Shown here: positions 30,996-40,184 of the stretch, one piece after another
How positions within the stretch are numbered: the stretch's first letter is position 1
Layout: each line of letters opens with the position of its first letter
IMG/VR virus record: IMGVR_UViG_3300042894_006198
Span: 1 to 64,000 of that record
DNA: 64,000 nt
Direction: 5' to 3' (one strand)
DNA from: a virus
Notes under the pieces: model-generated
Told to the model about the DNA's origin: nothing
The model's database searches: none
What the model saw: the letters and a program-made list of their open reading frames with translations, nothing else
Translations under genes and position numbers: made by a program

Positions 30996-31817
30996 ATGGA
31001 AAACAACCCACTAAAGCAGTATTTTAGAAGACCTGCTATACATATTCGTTTGCCAAGCAATCATCAATACACATCTGACGTGGTTGATTTTCCACCAACA
31101 GGAGAGTTACCTGTATACCCAATGACAGCAAATGATGAAATTACAGCACGTACACCTGATGCCTTATATAATGGTTCAGCAGTAGTTTCTATTGTCCAAA
31201 GCTGTGTTCCTTCTATTAAAAATCCTTGGGCTTTACTAAATTCTGACTTAGAAACCATACTAATTTCCATAAGAATTGCTACTAACGGTGATGAAATGGA
31301 TGTTGATACTACGTGCCCTAATTGTAAAAACTCTAATCGGTATGGTATCAACCTTAGTAAATTATTATCAACAATTACTATTGGCAATTATAACGAAGAA
31401 CTAGTAGTTGGAGATTTAGCAATAAAGTTTCGTTCTATTACCTATCAAGATAACAACACTGCAAGTGCTGAACAATTTGAAATACAACGTGGACTAGCAC
31501 AATTAGAAAACTTTGAAGATGGTGAGGCTAAGAATAAGGCAGCAAGTGAATTATTAGTACGTATGAACACACTTACACAGAAAATACTTGCTAGAAATAT
31601 TGAATATATTAGAACACCTGAAACATCAGTAGCTAATCAACCATTTATTTTAGACTTTTTACAGAATTGTGATAAAAAAATGTATGATTTAATACGTGAT
31701 CACAATATTGAGTTACGTGAAAGTAGTCAATCTAAGCCACTAAGGTTTAAGTGTGTTAGTTGTCAACATGAATATGATCAAACCATAACATTTAGTGTTA
31801 CCGATTTTTTCGAATGA
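30996..31817 (+). CDS. Baseplate hub assembly / tail-assembly-chaperone-like protein (gp26-like)
   Basis: NPLKQYFRRP..LPS, PMTANDEI, ILISIRIATNG, CPNC and CVSC Zn motifs, ends DFF. Confidence 0.7.
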   Translation: MENNPLKQYFRRPAIHIRLPSNHQYTSDVVDFPPTGELPVYPMTANDEITARTPDALYNGSAVVSIVQSCVPSIKNPWALLNSDLETILISIRIATNGDEMDVDTTCPNCKNSNRYGINLSKLLSTITIGNYNEELVVGDLAIKFRSITYQDNNTASAEQFEIQRGLAQLENFEDGEAKNKAASELLVRMNTLTQKILARNIEYIRTPETSVANQPFILDFLQNCDKKMYDLIRDHNIELRESSQSKPLRFKCVSCQHEYDQTITFSVTDFFE

Positions 31818-31854
31818 GGCTTCTCTATCTGTCTCAAGATGACATAGAGAAGCT
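31805..31854 (+). other. Putative -1 programmed ribosomal frameshift signal
   Basis: In-frame T TTT TTC (31805-31811), 6-nt spacer, hairpin GGCTTCTCTAT/ATAGAGAAGCT (31818-31828/31844-31854). Confidence 0.7.
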
Positions 31855-32041
31855 AGTAAAAACCTACGAAGACGAAGTTACTACCATCAAACGCAATGCA
31901 TTAAAAGCTGCATGGTACATGCGTGGCTCATTATCATATGTTGATGCCATGAATCTTTCACCATCTGAGACTAGTATTATTAACAAGTTGATTGATGAAA
32001 ATCTAGAAGTTACTAAGAAAAGTGGATTACCATTCTTTTAA
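31814..32041 (+). CDS. Small gp51-like ORF; probable -1 frame extension of the upstream protein
   Basis: ATGA overlap, WYMRGSLSY motif, no Shine-Dalgarno, lies in the -1 frame of 30996..31817. Confidence 0.7.
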   Translation: MRLLYLSQDDIEKLVKTYEDEVTTIKRNALKAAWYMRGSLSYVDAMNLSPSETSIINKLIDENLEVTKKSGLPFF

Positions 32042-32111
32042 GATGACCTAACGGTCATCTATTCGTGTACTAGCTTACGCTATCGCTACAGCTACGTACA
32101 CTCATTTTTTT
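32041..32111. repeat. Tandem hairpins; second may be the + strand terminator
   Basis: AGATGACC-TAAC-GGTCATCT (32041-32060); GTGTAC.TAGCT..GC-TATC-GC..AGCTA.GTACAC (32065-32101) then T7. Confidence 0.7.
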
Positions 32112-32144
32112 CTATTATTATTTTTTTGCCTATTTCTTTTTTGC

Positions 32145-32618
32145 AAAAAGGTGGATAAATGTAAAGTTAATTGCATATATCCACGATTTATAATCTTTCT
32201 TCCCTGCCTACTTGCGTAGAAGGTGCTCACTTCGTGTATTTTACTCAGGTAGGTTTGACTATGTCACCCCGAAACTTGTTAACAAGAAATACACCGCATA
32301 CACTGTAAAGTTAATAACCGCAGTGAGTTAGTTATTAACACAGTCTCGACCCTTTTCCACTATCATCATGATCGAGCACTTGGTAAAAAAATAGTATCTT
32401 TACCCCAACCTACTTTACAGTAGATCCAACTATTACGACAATAGAAACGTGATATACCTTGGGTATCCGTTTAAGCGTCCTTGTAACCATAATGGTTTTT
32501 CGGATAGTCTATTGAAGATGCTGTAGAACTCAGCTAAGGCATTGACCAACTTTCATCAGTTTACCTACGTTGCGTTACTAGGTCATGCAACCGTACCCAT
32601 TGTTCTATAAAACAGCCC
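32145..32618 (-). ncRNA. Candidate large structured non-coding RNA, family not recognised
   Basis: ORF-free; more than 10 nested helices; GCAA and GUAA tetraloops on the minus strand; 3' hairpin GTGGATA/TATCCAC plus T5. Confidence 0.6.
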
Positions 32619-33131
32619 TTAGTTTGAGACCTGAGAATGTTTTTTGAATATACCTGAGTTGAGAGTGAAAAATGTGTCTAATTCTGAGATAATCCATACA
32701 CCGTAATCAGGACTTTTATATACCATATAACTTGGTACATCCCACTTTACAGTGTCTTGGACAGCAATGTAACGACCTTTATGATTAAATTTCATAAACA
32801 GCACGTTTAAGTCATGCTCGTCGCTTACATCTAATAGTTGTTGTAACCAACCATTCAATACTTTGCAATTAGTTAGTAGTTGATGAAAAGGAAAGTCTCC
32901 ATAGTTTTTGCATTCAATATTGAGCAATGGAAACGACACCCCAGGTATAATATCCCCCTTAAAGCTGCGTACCTGCCCTTCATGCAATACTTCTTTACGT
33001 CCCTTATTTGATCCACCAACATATGCGCCACTATTTGGAACACGAATAAAAGATTCATTATACCTATCACTTAAGTATTTTGCAATCTCTCGTTCAAAAC
33101 TACTTCCTTTAATTTTACTTGCTGATGGCAT
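32619..33131 (-). CDS. Holliday junction resolvase-like PD-(D/E)xK nuclease (Hjc-type)
   Basis: SKIKGSSFEREIA, GDII, NIECKNY; directly after gp46. Confidence 0.8.
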   Translation of the reverse strand: MPSASKIKGSSFEREIAKYLSDRYNESFIRVPNSGAYVGGSNKGRKEVLHEGQVRSFKGDIIPGVSFPLLNIECKNYGDFPFHQLLTNCKVLNGWLQQLLDVSDEHDLNVLFMKFNHKGRYIAVQDTVKWDVPSYMVYKSPDYGVWIISELDTFFTLNSGIFKKHSQVSN

Positions 33132-33147
33132 AATCCCTACTTATACC

Positions 33148-35313
33148 CTATGCTGCCAAACTATTTTTTTCATTTGACAACTGATAACTTGTAAACCCAC
33201 CTTCTTTGACCACTTGTAGCACGTTAGTTACACGACTTACAAGCTCATCACGATGTGAGATTAACCAAACTGATTTGTCCCTGCGTCTGCCTAATTCTTT
33301 AAATAACATGACCGCATTTTCTACACCAACACTATCTAACCCATTATCAATCATTTCATCAACAAATAATAAGTTGATACCTTGGTATAAATTTTCCCAT
33401 ACATCCCTAAAAGCAAATGATAGGGATAGTATTAATCTTGTACTTTCACCACGACTAAAGTTACCATAACTTAGCTCACGACCTAATTCAGTAATTTCTA
33501 CCGATAAATCGTTTTGAAACTTCACACGATGTGGTAAACCCATCTTATCTAAATAATGACTCAAACGTGAATTCAAATAATTTAGATTTTGGTCAATAAT
33601 TTTCTTACGCAAAAAGCTTTTCTTATTGGTCAGTAAATCTAACAAATATTCTTGGTGCTTTAACATACGTGTTAAATCATTCAATTGATCATATGACACT
33701 ACCGCAATACTATTAGTCATCATGTCATTAATTTGCTCTGCATAAGGATCAACTTCTTCAAAACGCTTTTCTAACGCTTGTTCCAACTTTTCAACAGTGC
33801 TTTGATGCTTTAAAGCTGCTTCTAAAGTACTGTATATGGTAGTAGGCTTATCACCTAACTCACCTACCTCTAACTTTACGTTGTCATATTGTTCGTTTAG
33901 TGCATCAATATCATTGTCATGAAGTGTTGTAGTTTGTTGAAAATCTTGCTGTAATTTCAATGTTTTTTCAGATAAAGAGTCAATAGTTGACTTATGATTT
34001 AACGCTTCTTCTAATGTTTTATAGTGTACAGCAGGAATTGTTGGTATATTACCAATATCTTTAAGTATAGTATTATATTCTTTTGCCTGATTTTCTGCTG
34101 TACTTAATTCAGTTTTCAGTTCAGCTAAACGATCTTCTTTGTTTTTTAGCGTAAGCTTATGTGTTTGATCATGATAATCTTGACCACATGCATAGCATTT
34201 ATGATCATGTAACTTCACTAATTCTTCGTTAATAGTTGCAATTTCTTTATTCAACCGTGTACAAGTAGCATTGCTAGCATCAAATAATTTCTTAGTATTA
34301 TCTCTTGTAAGAGTTTTATCCTTAATTTCAGAAATAATTTTTAAGTTTTTAATTTCGATATTAATATCAATATTTTTTAACGCATTCATCTGCGTAACTA
34401 TTGCTTCTTTATTTTTCTTGTAAGTTATTACCGCATCATTATATCGTTTGTTTAATTTTGCTGTTTCCGCAGTAAAATGAGTTTTGGCATTGGTTAGCTT
34501 AGTATAATTTTCATTATACTTTGATAGTGTGCGATGTGAGGCAAGTTCTTGTTGAATATCAATTTTGTATAATTCAACTAATTGATTCGTATAATTGGCA
34601 ACATCCTCATCTTTTTTGGTAATCCATAGTGCTTGTCTACGCTTAAGATTATCAATTTGTTCTTGTATTTTGGTGTTTGCGTCTTGCAACCCACGTATTT
34701 TAAATTCTTCTTGTTGAATTTGATCTTTTACTGAACGATTTAATTCTTTAATACTTTCTGCTTTTTCTGAAAGTATAGTAATACCAAGTAATTGTTCAAT
34801 AATTTCACGTTGGTCTGCTGCTTTAAGTGCTAAAAATGGTTCATTATAAGTGTTTAAGGCAACAGTATGCTTAAACATCTCAGAAGAAATTCCAACAACG
34901 GATTCAATTGCAAGCTGTGTTTCACGACTATCTCCTTGACTTTCATTTTCATCTTCTGAGAATTCTTGCTCAGCATTATCAACATAAAATTTAAGTATAT
35001 TTGGTTTACGACCACGTTCAATACGATATTCTGTGCCATTTACCTCAAAGTCTAAAGTAACTAACATATGTTTACCGTTAGTCAGGTTAATTAAATTATC
35101 TCTTTTAATATTATTAAGTACGCTACCATATAATACATAGCACAATGCTTGAATAATCGTTGATTTACCTGTGCCATTACGTGCACCATCACCGCCTAAG
35201 TCACGATTTTCACCAAGAATAAGTGTTAAATCGTTGCGAGCAAAGTTAATATACTGTGATACTGCACCAACAGATAAGAAGTTTTTAATCGATAGTTGTT
35301 TTATAATTATCAT
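33148..35313 (-). CDS. gp46: Recombination ATPase gp46 (SbcC/Rad50-like)
   Basis: Walker A NGTGKS, Zn hook CYACG, signature FSRGE, Walker B LLFVDE, ISH. Confidence 0.95.
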   Translation of the reverse strand: MIIIKQLSIKNFLSVGAVSQYINFARNDLTLILGENRDLGGDGARNGTGKSTIIQALCYVLYGSVLNNIKRDNLINLTNGKHMLVTLDFEVNGTEYRIERGRKPNILKFYVDNAEQEFSEDENESQGDSRETQLAIESVVGISSEMFKHTVALNTYNEPFLALKAADQREIIEQLLGITILSEKAESIKELNRSVKDQIQQEEFKIRGLQDANTKIQEQIDNLKRRQALWITKKDEDVANYTNQLVELYKIDIQQELASHRTLSKYNENYTKLTNAKTHFTAETAKLNKRYNDAVITYKKNKEAIVTQMNALKNIDINIEIKNLKIISEIKDKTLTRDNTKKLFDASNATCTRLNKEIATINEELVKLHDHKCYACGQDYHDQTHKLTLKNKEDRLAELKTELSTAENQAKEYNTILKDIGNIPTIPAVHYKTLEEALNHKSTIDSLSEKTLKLQQDFQQTTTLHDNDIDALNEQYDNVKLEVGELGDKPTTIYSTLEAALKHQSTVEKLEQALEKRFEEVDPYAEQINDMMTNSIAVVSYDQLNDLTRMLKHQEYLLDLLTNKKSFLRKKIIDQNLNYLNSRLSHYLDKMGLPHRVKFQNDLSVEITELGRELSYGNFSRGESTRLILSLSFAFRDVWENLYQGINLLFVDEMIDNGLDSVGVENAVMLFKELGRRRDKSVWLISHRDELVSRVTNVLQVVKEGGFTSYQLSNEKNSLAA

Positions 35314-36326
35314 AGATTTTTATAGATATTGAGCAATAATTGCTTGTCAAACTTACCCTCATCAAGTTGTTCAATTTGGGATAGTACTATAGCATCAACG
35401 GATTCAAATTGCAAATTGGCTTCAAAATTATTGTCAGTTTCAATATCCACTCGTTGTGGAATCATAGTCATTTCACGCAATTTATATTCTTTCATAATTG
35501 TTTCCTTTATGCTGCTAGACTCCTCATAACTTATATCTGTATCAATAGTGATGCGTAAACACCCATTTTGAATCAGTAATGAGTCAGGGTTTTCTAAAAT
35601 TTGTGTTAAATTATATGTACGAAATTTAGGTTGATTAGGCCACGAATGATAAGTTGGTTTATCGCCCCATGCTAGTATCATCATGCCACGATCATCATCA
35701 TTTACATCACTATAATTATGCGGAAATGCGTTACCAATATATGTGATGTTTCCTTTTGTTTGGCGTTTATGAAAATGTCCTGTAAAAACATGGTCAAAAT
35801 GTTGTAGTTGATTACGATTGATTTCACCATGATCAGGCATTTCAACCATAGCATTCATATAGAATGATGGTAATTCAAAGTGACCAAACAAGTATTGTGC
35901 GTTTAACTTTTGTAATTTTTTATAATCTTCACCAATAAGCCATGGTGCAATGATGCAATCCCCATCAACAATCCAATCGTTACAAATAATAATTCGATCA
36001 AGGTGTTTTGCCCATTCCATACTCTGTACATCACGACGATCTCTATAATACAAGTCATGATTACCCACGATGAAATATATTTTTTCAAAGTTTTCATTGA
36101 GTTTTTCTAGTGCCCGTAAACTATAATTTTGTGTTAGTACATTAATTGTTGCACGATTATGGTTCCAATCACCTAGAAAAAAACATGTTTCACACCCATG
36201 TTTTTTAGCGGTTGCTATAAACCATTCGACAAATTGTAAGCAGTCTTCGTTATGTTGTATACTATTGTTCTTTAGACCAAAGTGTATATCGGTAAAAACT
36301 GCTGCTTTTTTAAATAAATTAGTCAT
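35310..36326 (-). CDS. gp47: Recombination nuclease gp47 (SbcD/Mre11-like)
   Basis: Metallophosphoesterase motifs DIHFG, LGD, GNHD, GHFE, GHFH. Confidence 0.95.
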   Translation of the reverse strand: MTNLFKKAAVFTDIHFGLKNNSIQHNEDCLQFVEWFIATAKKHGCETCFFLGDWNHNRATINVLTQNYSLRALEKLNENFEKIYFIVGNHDLYYRDRRDVQSMEWAKHLDRIIICNDWIVDGDCIIAPWLIGEDYKKLQKLNAQYLFGHFELPSFYMNAMVEMPDHGEINRNQLQHFDHVFTGHFHKRQTKGNITYIGNAFPHNYSDVNDDDRGMMILAWGDKPTYHSWPNQPKFRTYNLTQILENPDSLLIQNGCLRITIDTDISYEESSSIKETIMKEYKLREMTMIPQRVDIETDNNFEANLQFESVDAIVLSQIEQLDEGKFDKQLLLNIYKNL

Positions 36327-36332
36327 TCAAAG

Positions 36333-36361
36333 AATGTACTGTAGCTTGTATGACAAGTCAA
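36333..36361 (-). promoter_or_regulatory. Sigma70-type promoter for gp47-gp46-resolvase, probably leaderless
   Basis: TTGACT-17 nt-TACATT; the A of ATG (36326) is 7 nt past the -10 box. Confidence 0.65.
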
Positions 36362-36365
36362 AAAA

Positions 36366-37253
36366 TTAGGATTCCTCAGCAAATTGACGTGACCAACTTG
36401 GATTTAACCCGTTAGCCTCTAGTATGTCATCACGTATACCTTGATTTTTCTTTTCTGTGTTCAATACTCGACAGAAAGAATTAGTAATGGCTGCGGTATA
36501 ATACGCAAAAGGATTGCTAGATTTAGCTTCGTTAAATCGTAAACCAACATAAGTCAACTGTAAAATTGCTGCGCCACGCATTTCATCATTATAGGTATAA
36601 CCACGCCAATTAAACCTCATGGCATATTTTTCACACAGCATAAGATACATTTTTGCTAATTTGTTAGTAATTTGCCCTTTATCTTTGTCAAAGTGCCCTG
36701 TATAGATATCTCCCTGCCAATGTGATTTACCAACACAATACATTTGGTTACCTGCTTCAGCATAGCGAAAATGTTGGAATGGTGGAAAATTAACACGAAC
36801 ATGACTCATATCGTTCATGCCCATTTCTTTGTTTAGTTTAGGATCATCTAAATCCTCGTAAGTTACTTCTTCATCCAAATCAAATTCAAATAATTCACGT
36901 GCTGATTTCTTTTTGTCTACTTTTCTAGCTTGTTTTGGTGCAAGTGGTATGTGATCCCATGTCATCACTCTGAAAACTAAATCAATATGGTCAATAGTGC
37001 TTGGGTCAATTTTAGTACCACTTTCAACTCCTAAACGATACGCACGATTTTCTTTTGCTTTTTGGATAACTTCAGGACGTAATGCAATGGCTAAGCTATT
37101 TTCAAGTGATACACCTTCTTCATAATCAATAATGTAATCATATTGATGGTCTTCAGGTTCTCGGTAACTGCAGTAAGTATTTTTGCTTAGGTGTATTTCT
37201 TTTAGTATGTCCTTATTATTAAGGTAGTTAAGGGGTTTTTTAATGACTGTCAT
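36366..37253 (-). CDS. gp55: Late-transcription sigma factor (gp55-like)
   Basis: NYLNNKDILKEI, NWRGYTYNDEM, FNEAKSSNPFAYYT..NSF; next to gp47 as in T4; start moved to ATG 37253. Confidence 0.88.
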   Translation of the reverse strand: MTVIKKPLNYLNNKDILKEIHLSKNTYCSYREPEDHQYDYIIDYEEGVSLENSLAIALRPEVIQKAKENRAYRLGVESGTKIDPSTIDHIDLVFRVMTWDHIPLAPKQARKVDKKKSARELFEFDLDEEVTYEDLDDPKLNKEMGMNDMSHVRVNFPPFQHFRYAEAGNQMYCVGKSHWQGDIYTGHFDKDKGQITNKLAKMYLMLCEKYAMRFNWRGYTYNDEMRGAAILQLTYVGLRFNEAKSSNPFAYYTAAITNSFCRVLNTEKKNQGIRDDILEANGLNPSWSRQFAEES

Positions 37254-37268
37254 AGGGTTCCAAATGTT

Positions 37269-37297
37269 ATAATACCTGTATTGTTGCACAGTTACAA
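37269..37297 (-). promoter_or_regulatory. Possible sigma70 promoter for gp55
   Basis: TTGTAA-17 nt-TATTAT upstream of ATG 37253. Confidence 0.45.
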
Positions 37298-37412
37298 CAA
37301 AAAATCAAGAAATTTGGATTTATACAGGTGGATAGAGAATTATTTACTGCTATGAATTATAGATAAAAATACGACTTTTTAAAATCATAAATATAAAAAG
37401 AAGGGTAGAATC

Positions 37413-39884
37413 ATGTCATCAAAAGTACCATCACAAGCAGATTTACAAGCTAATAGAACGGTTCTTGAAAATCGTAATGCTAATTTAGAAAAATTAAAAG
37501 CTAAAGCATTAGCTAATGGTAGTGCGAATACTGCGGCTGAATATCAGCGCATGATTAATGAGAATAATATTAAAATAAATGATTATACTGCCAATATTAA
37601 TAACTATACTAATTATTTTAAAGCAGAGACTGAGCAACTTAATTATGAAAAATGGGTTGAAGGTGGCACGAAAGGAACGGAAGCAAACCCTATACCATCA
37701 AGCATTAAAGCTCAGACTACAACCACTGTTACTGAAGTATCCACTGATTCAGGTGGCGGAACTTATACAGTTAGTAGGGCAAAAGATACACCCAATGCAA
37801 CTAGTCAAGGTTTACAATCAAACGCTGATAAGTTAAAAGCACAGTCAGAATTGTATTTGGTTGATCCCAATACTACAGCAGGGCAAAAATTATTACAACA
37901 AGGGTTAGACAATGGCACTATTACCCAAGCACAGTTAACAGAAATTAAATCATTATCGCCTGATCAACGTTTTGATAAAGCATCTGACATAGCAAATCAA
38001 GGAATCTCACTTGAAAGCCAAGCACAAGCTGCTATGACACGTGGTGAAACATCAGTAAATTATGCGCCTAGTACCACAACAACCCGTGTTAACACTGTTA
38101 CTACTGATACAGGTAATGTAAACCCAAGACCGTTAACAGGTGCTGTTCCTGAAGCAGGTATTACTACTCAAAATGTTGGCAATCTTACGGTACAAGCAGT
38201 TAATAACAATAACGGTACAACCTCTTTAACTGCGCCATCAGGTTTAAGTGTTACTGTTGACAATAATCCTGTTGCTGCGACAAATGCAAATACAATTATA
38301 AATCCTGCAAGTGATCCTAACACAAACCCAAATACTTCGCCTGTTAATACACCTTCGCAAGTAAGTTCATCAGACATTGCTGCAGAATGGCGTGGACAAG
38401 CGTTACAAGCACAACAACAAAAAACTGATGCAGAGGTAAGATTAGCAAGCACTACGCAACAACGAGTACAAAATGATTTAGAAATTGTACGACTACGAGA
38501 ACAAATTTCTAATCCTAATACAGCACCTGATGCAAGAAATATAGCAGAACAACAACTTGCATCATTAACTAATGAAAATAGTACGCTAGCTATACAACAA
38601 AATGCGATTACTTCAGAAATACAAAATTACCAAACTGCTATAAATCTTTCTACTGCTAATGCAGAATCTGCTGAAGCTGCCCCTGAAGGAGTTAATAATC
38701 CTGTAGCTCAAGTTGTTGGCGAAGAACCTTCAATATTATTGACACCTGAAACACAGAATGAAGCTGCATTTTTAGAAGCCAATGGTGCTGTATATAATGA
38801 ACCACCAACCATAGATCCTGCAACTAGCGGAGAAAATTTTGTTGATTTTGATGATGCACCTATACCACGTAGTCAACAAACCATTGACCCAAATAGTGAT
38901 GCAGGTCTTGCAGCATTGGAAGGCATTGATACACCAAGTATCGATCCTGCCTTTGGAGAAGATGAATATGGTGCAGGTGGCGAAACAATTGGCCCAGGCG
39001 CAACCATCGGCGTTCGTGCACAACCAAATACAGATCAATTTGTTGGTGATTCTAATAATAGTAATCAATCACCTGCTGTAAAATTTCAAAAAGCTGCTGA
39101 TTGGCGTGTACGCATTAGTTTAGCTCCAAGCGCAACCTATTTGTATAAAGACCCAAAAATAAGTAATAAAGATATATTATATCCATTACAATCAACGAAT
39201 GGTGTAATATTTCCTTACTTACCTACTGTACAGTTAAATTATACTGCTAATTATGATGCAACTGAACCTACACATAGTAACTACAAAATTTTTAGTTATC
39301 GTAATAGCGCAGTAAGCGATATTCAAATTACAGGTGATTTTACTGCACAAAACGTATCCGAAGCCATATACTTACGTGCTGTAATACATTTTTTTCGTAG
39401 CGCAGCTAAGATGTTTTATGGACAAGATCAAGCACCTAAAGCAGGTACTCCACCACCCTTACTTTACTTAAGTGGTTTTGGTGAATATCAATTTGATAAT
39501 CATCCTATGGTGATTAGTAGTTTTAACTATAGTTTGCCCAATGATGTAGATTATATCATGGCAGGTTCAGTAAGCGGTGGTATTAGACAAAGTAATAATC
39601 AAAACCTTAGCCCACCTGCTACATCAACTAATCCATTTTTAACACAGTTTAATCGTTTAGTAGGTAGTAGGTTAGAAAAAGGTGCATTGAATAGACCACC
39701 TGAATTTAGAACAGTGATAACAGGTGAAACAACCCGTATACCTACAAAGATACAAATACAACTAACTTTCCATCCGATAGTAACACGTCGAACGATAAGT
39801 AATAAATTCAGTTTACGTGATTATGCAACAGGAAAATTATTACAAGGAAGCACCAACGCAGGTTTTGGTGGAGGAGTATGGTAA
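37413..39884 (+). CDS. Baseplate/tail-tube initiator (gp48/gp54-like C-terminal domain) with long N-terminal extension
   Basis: C-terminal DWRVRISL..GVIFPYLP..THSNY..IQITGDFTAQ..PPPLLYLSGFG..LPNDVDY; directly upstream of gp53-like gene. Confidence 0.6.
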   Translation: MSSKVPSQADLQANRTVLENRNANLEKLKAKALANGSANTAAEYQRMINENNIKINDYTANINNYTNYFKAETEQLNYEKWVEGGTKGTEANPIPSSIKAQTTTTVTEVSTDSGGGTYTVSRAKDTPNATSQGLQSNADKLKAQSELYLVDPNTTAGQKLLQQGLDNGTITQAQLTEIKSLSPDQRFDKASDIANQGISLESQAQAAMTRGETSVNYAPSTTTTRVNTVTTDTGNVNPRPLTGAVPEAGITTQNVGNLTVQAVNNNNGTTSLTAPSGLSVTVDNNPVAATNANTIINPASDPNTNPNTSPVNTPSQVSSSDIAAEWRGQALQAQQQKTDAEVRLASTTQQRVQNDLEIVRLREQISNPNTAPDARNIAEQQLASLTNENSTLAIQQNAITSEIQNYQTAINLSTANAESAEAAPEGVNNPVAQVVGEEPSILLTPETQNEAAFLEANGAVYNEPPTIDPATSGENFVDFDDAPIPRSQQTIDPNSDAGLAALEGIDTPSIDPAFGEDEYGAGGETIGPGATIGVRAQPNTDQFVGDSNNSNQSPAVKFQKAADWRVRISLAPSATYLYKDPKISNKDILYPLQSTNGVIFPYLPTVQLNYTANYDATEPTHSNYKIFSYRNSAVSDIQITGDFTAQNVSEAIYLRAVIHFFRSAAKMFYGQDQAPKAGTPPPLLYLSGFGEYQFDNHPMVISSFNYSLPNDVDYIMAGSVSGGIRQSNNQNLSPPATSTNPFLTQFNRLVGSRLEKGALNRPPEFRTVITGETTRIPTKIQIQLTFHPIVTRRTISNKFSLRDYATGKLLQGSTNAGFGGGVW

Positions 39885-40184
39885 ATGAAATATCCATCAA
39901 CTAGCCCTTATTATCTAACCAACGTAGTCAATAATGCTTACTTAGACGTTATGACTAATCGCCCTATACCTATTAATACAGGTGATGTATATTGGGAAAT
40001 TACATCAACTTACCATTTACGTCCTGATTTATTAGCTTTTGACTTATATGATGAATCAAAATTATGGTGGGTATTTGCACAGCGTAACCCAAATACGTTG
40101 GTAGATCCGTTATACGATTTTGTTCAAGGCAAAAGAATATATCTACCTAAAGCAGAAACATTAAAAGCAGTGTTAGGATTATAA
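39885..40184 (+). CDS. gp53: Baseplate wedge protein gp53-like (LysM-like)
   Basis: YHLRPDLLAFDLYDESKLWWVFAQRNP. Confidence 0.8.
   Translation: MKYPSTSPYYLTNVVNNAYLDVMTNRPIPINTGDVYWEITSTYHLRPDLLAFDLYDESKLWWVFAQRNPNTLVDPLYDFVQGKRIYLPKAETLKAVLGL

Noticed and set aside
32553-32559. Hammerhead core CUGAUGA on the minus strand
   Set aside because: No stem II followed by GAAA and no compatible cleavage triplet
32257-32562. Group I intron-like words on the minus strand (AAACTGATGAAA, TTCAATAGACTA, TGACATAGTC)
   Set aside because: P4/P5/P6 do not pair cleanly, the words sit in other helices, and no interrupted gene flanks the region; a degenerate relative is not fully excluded
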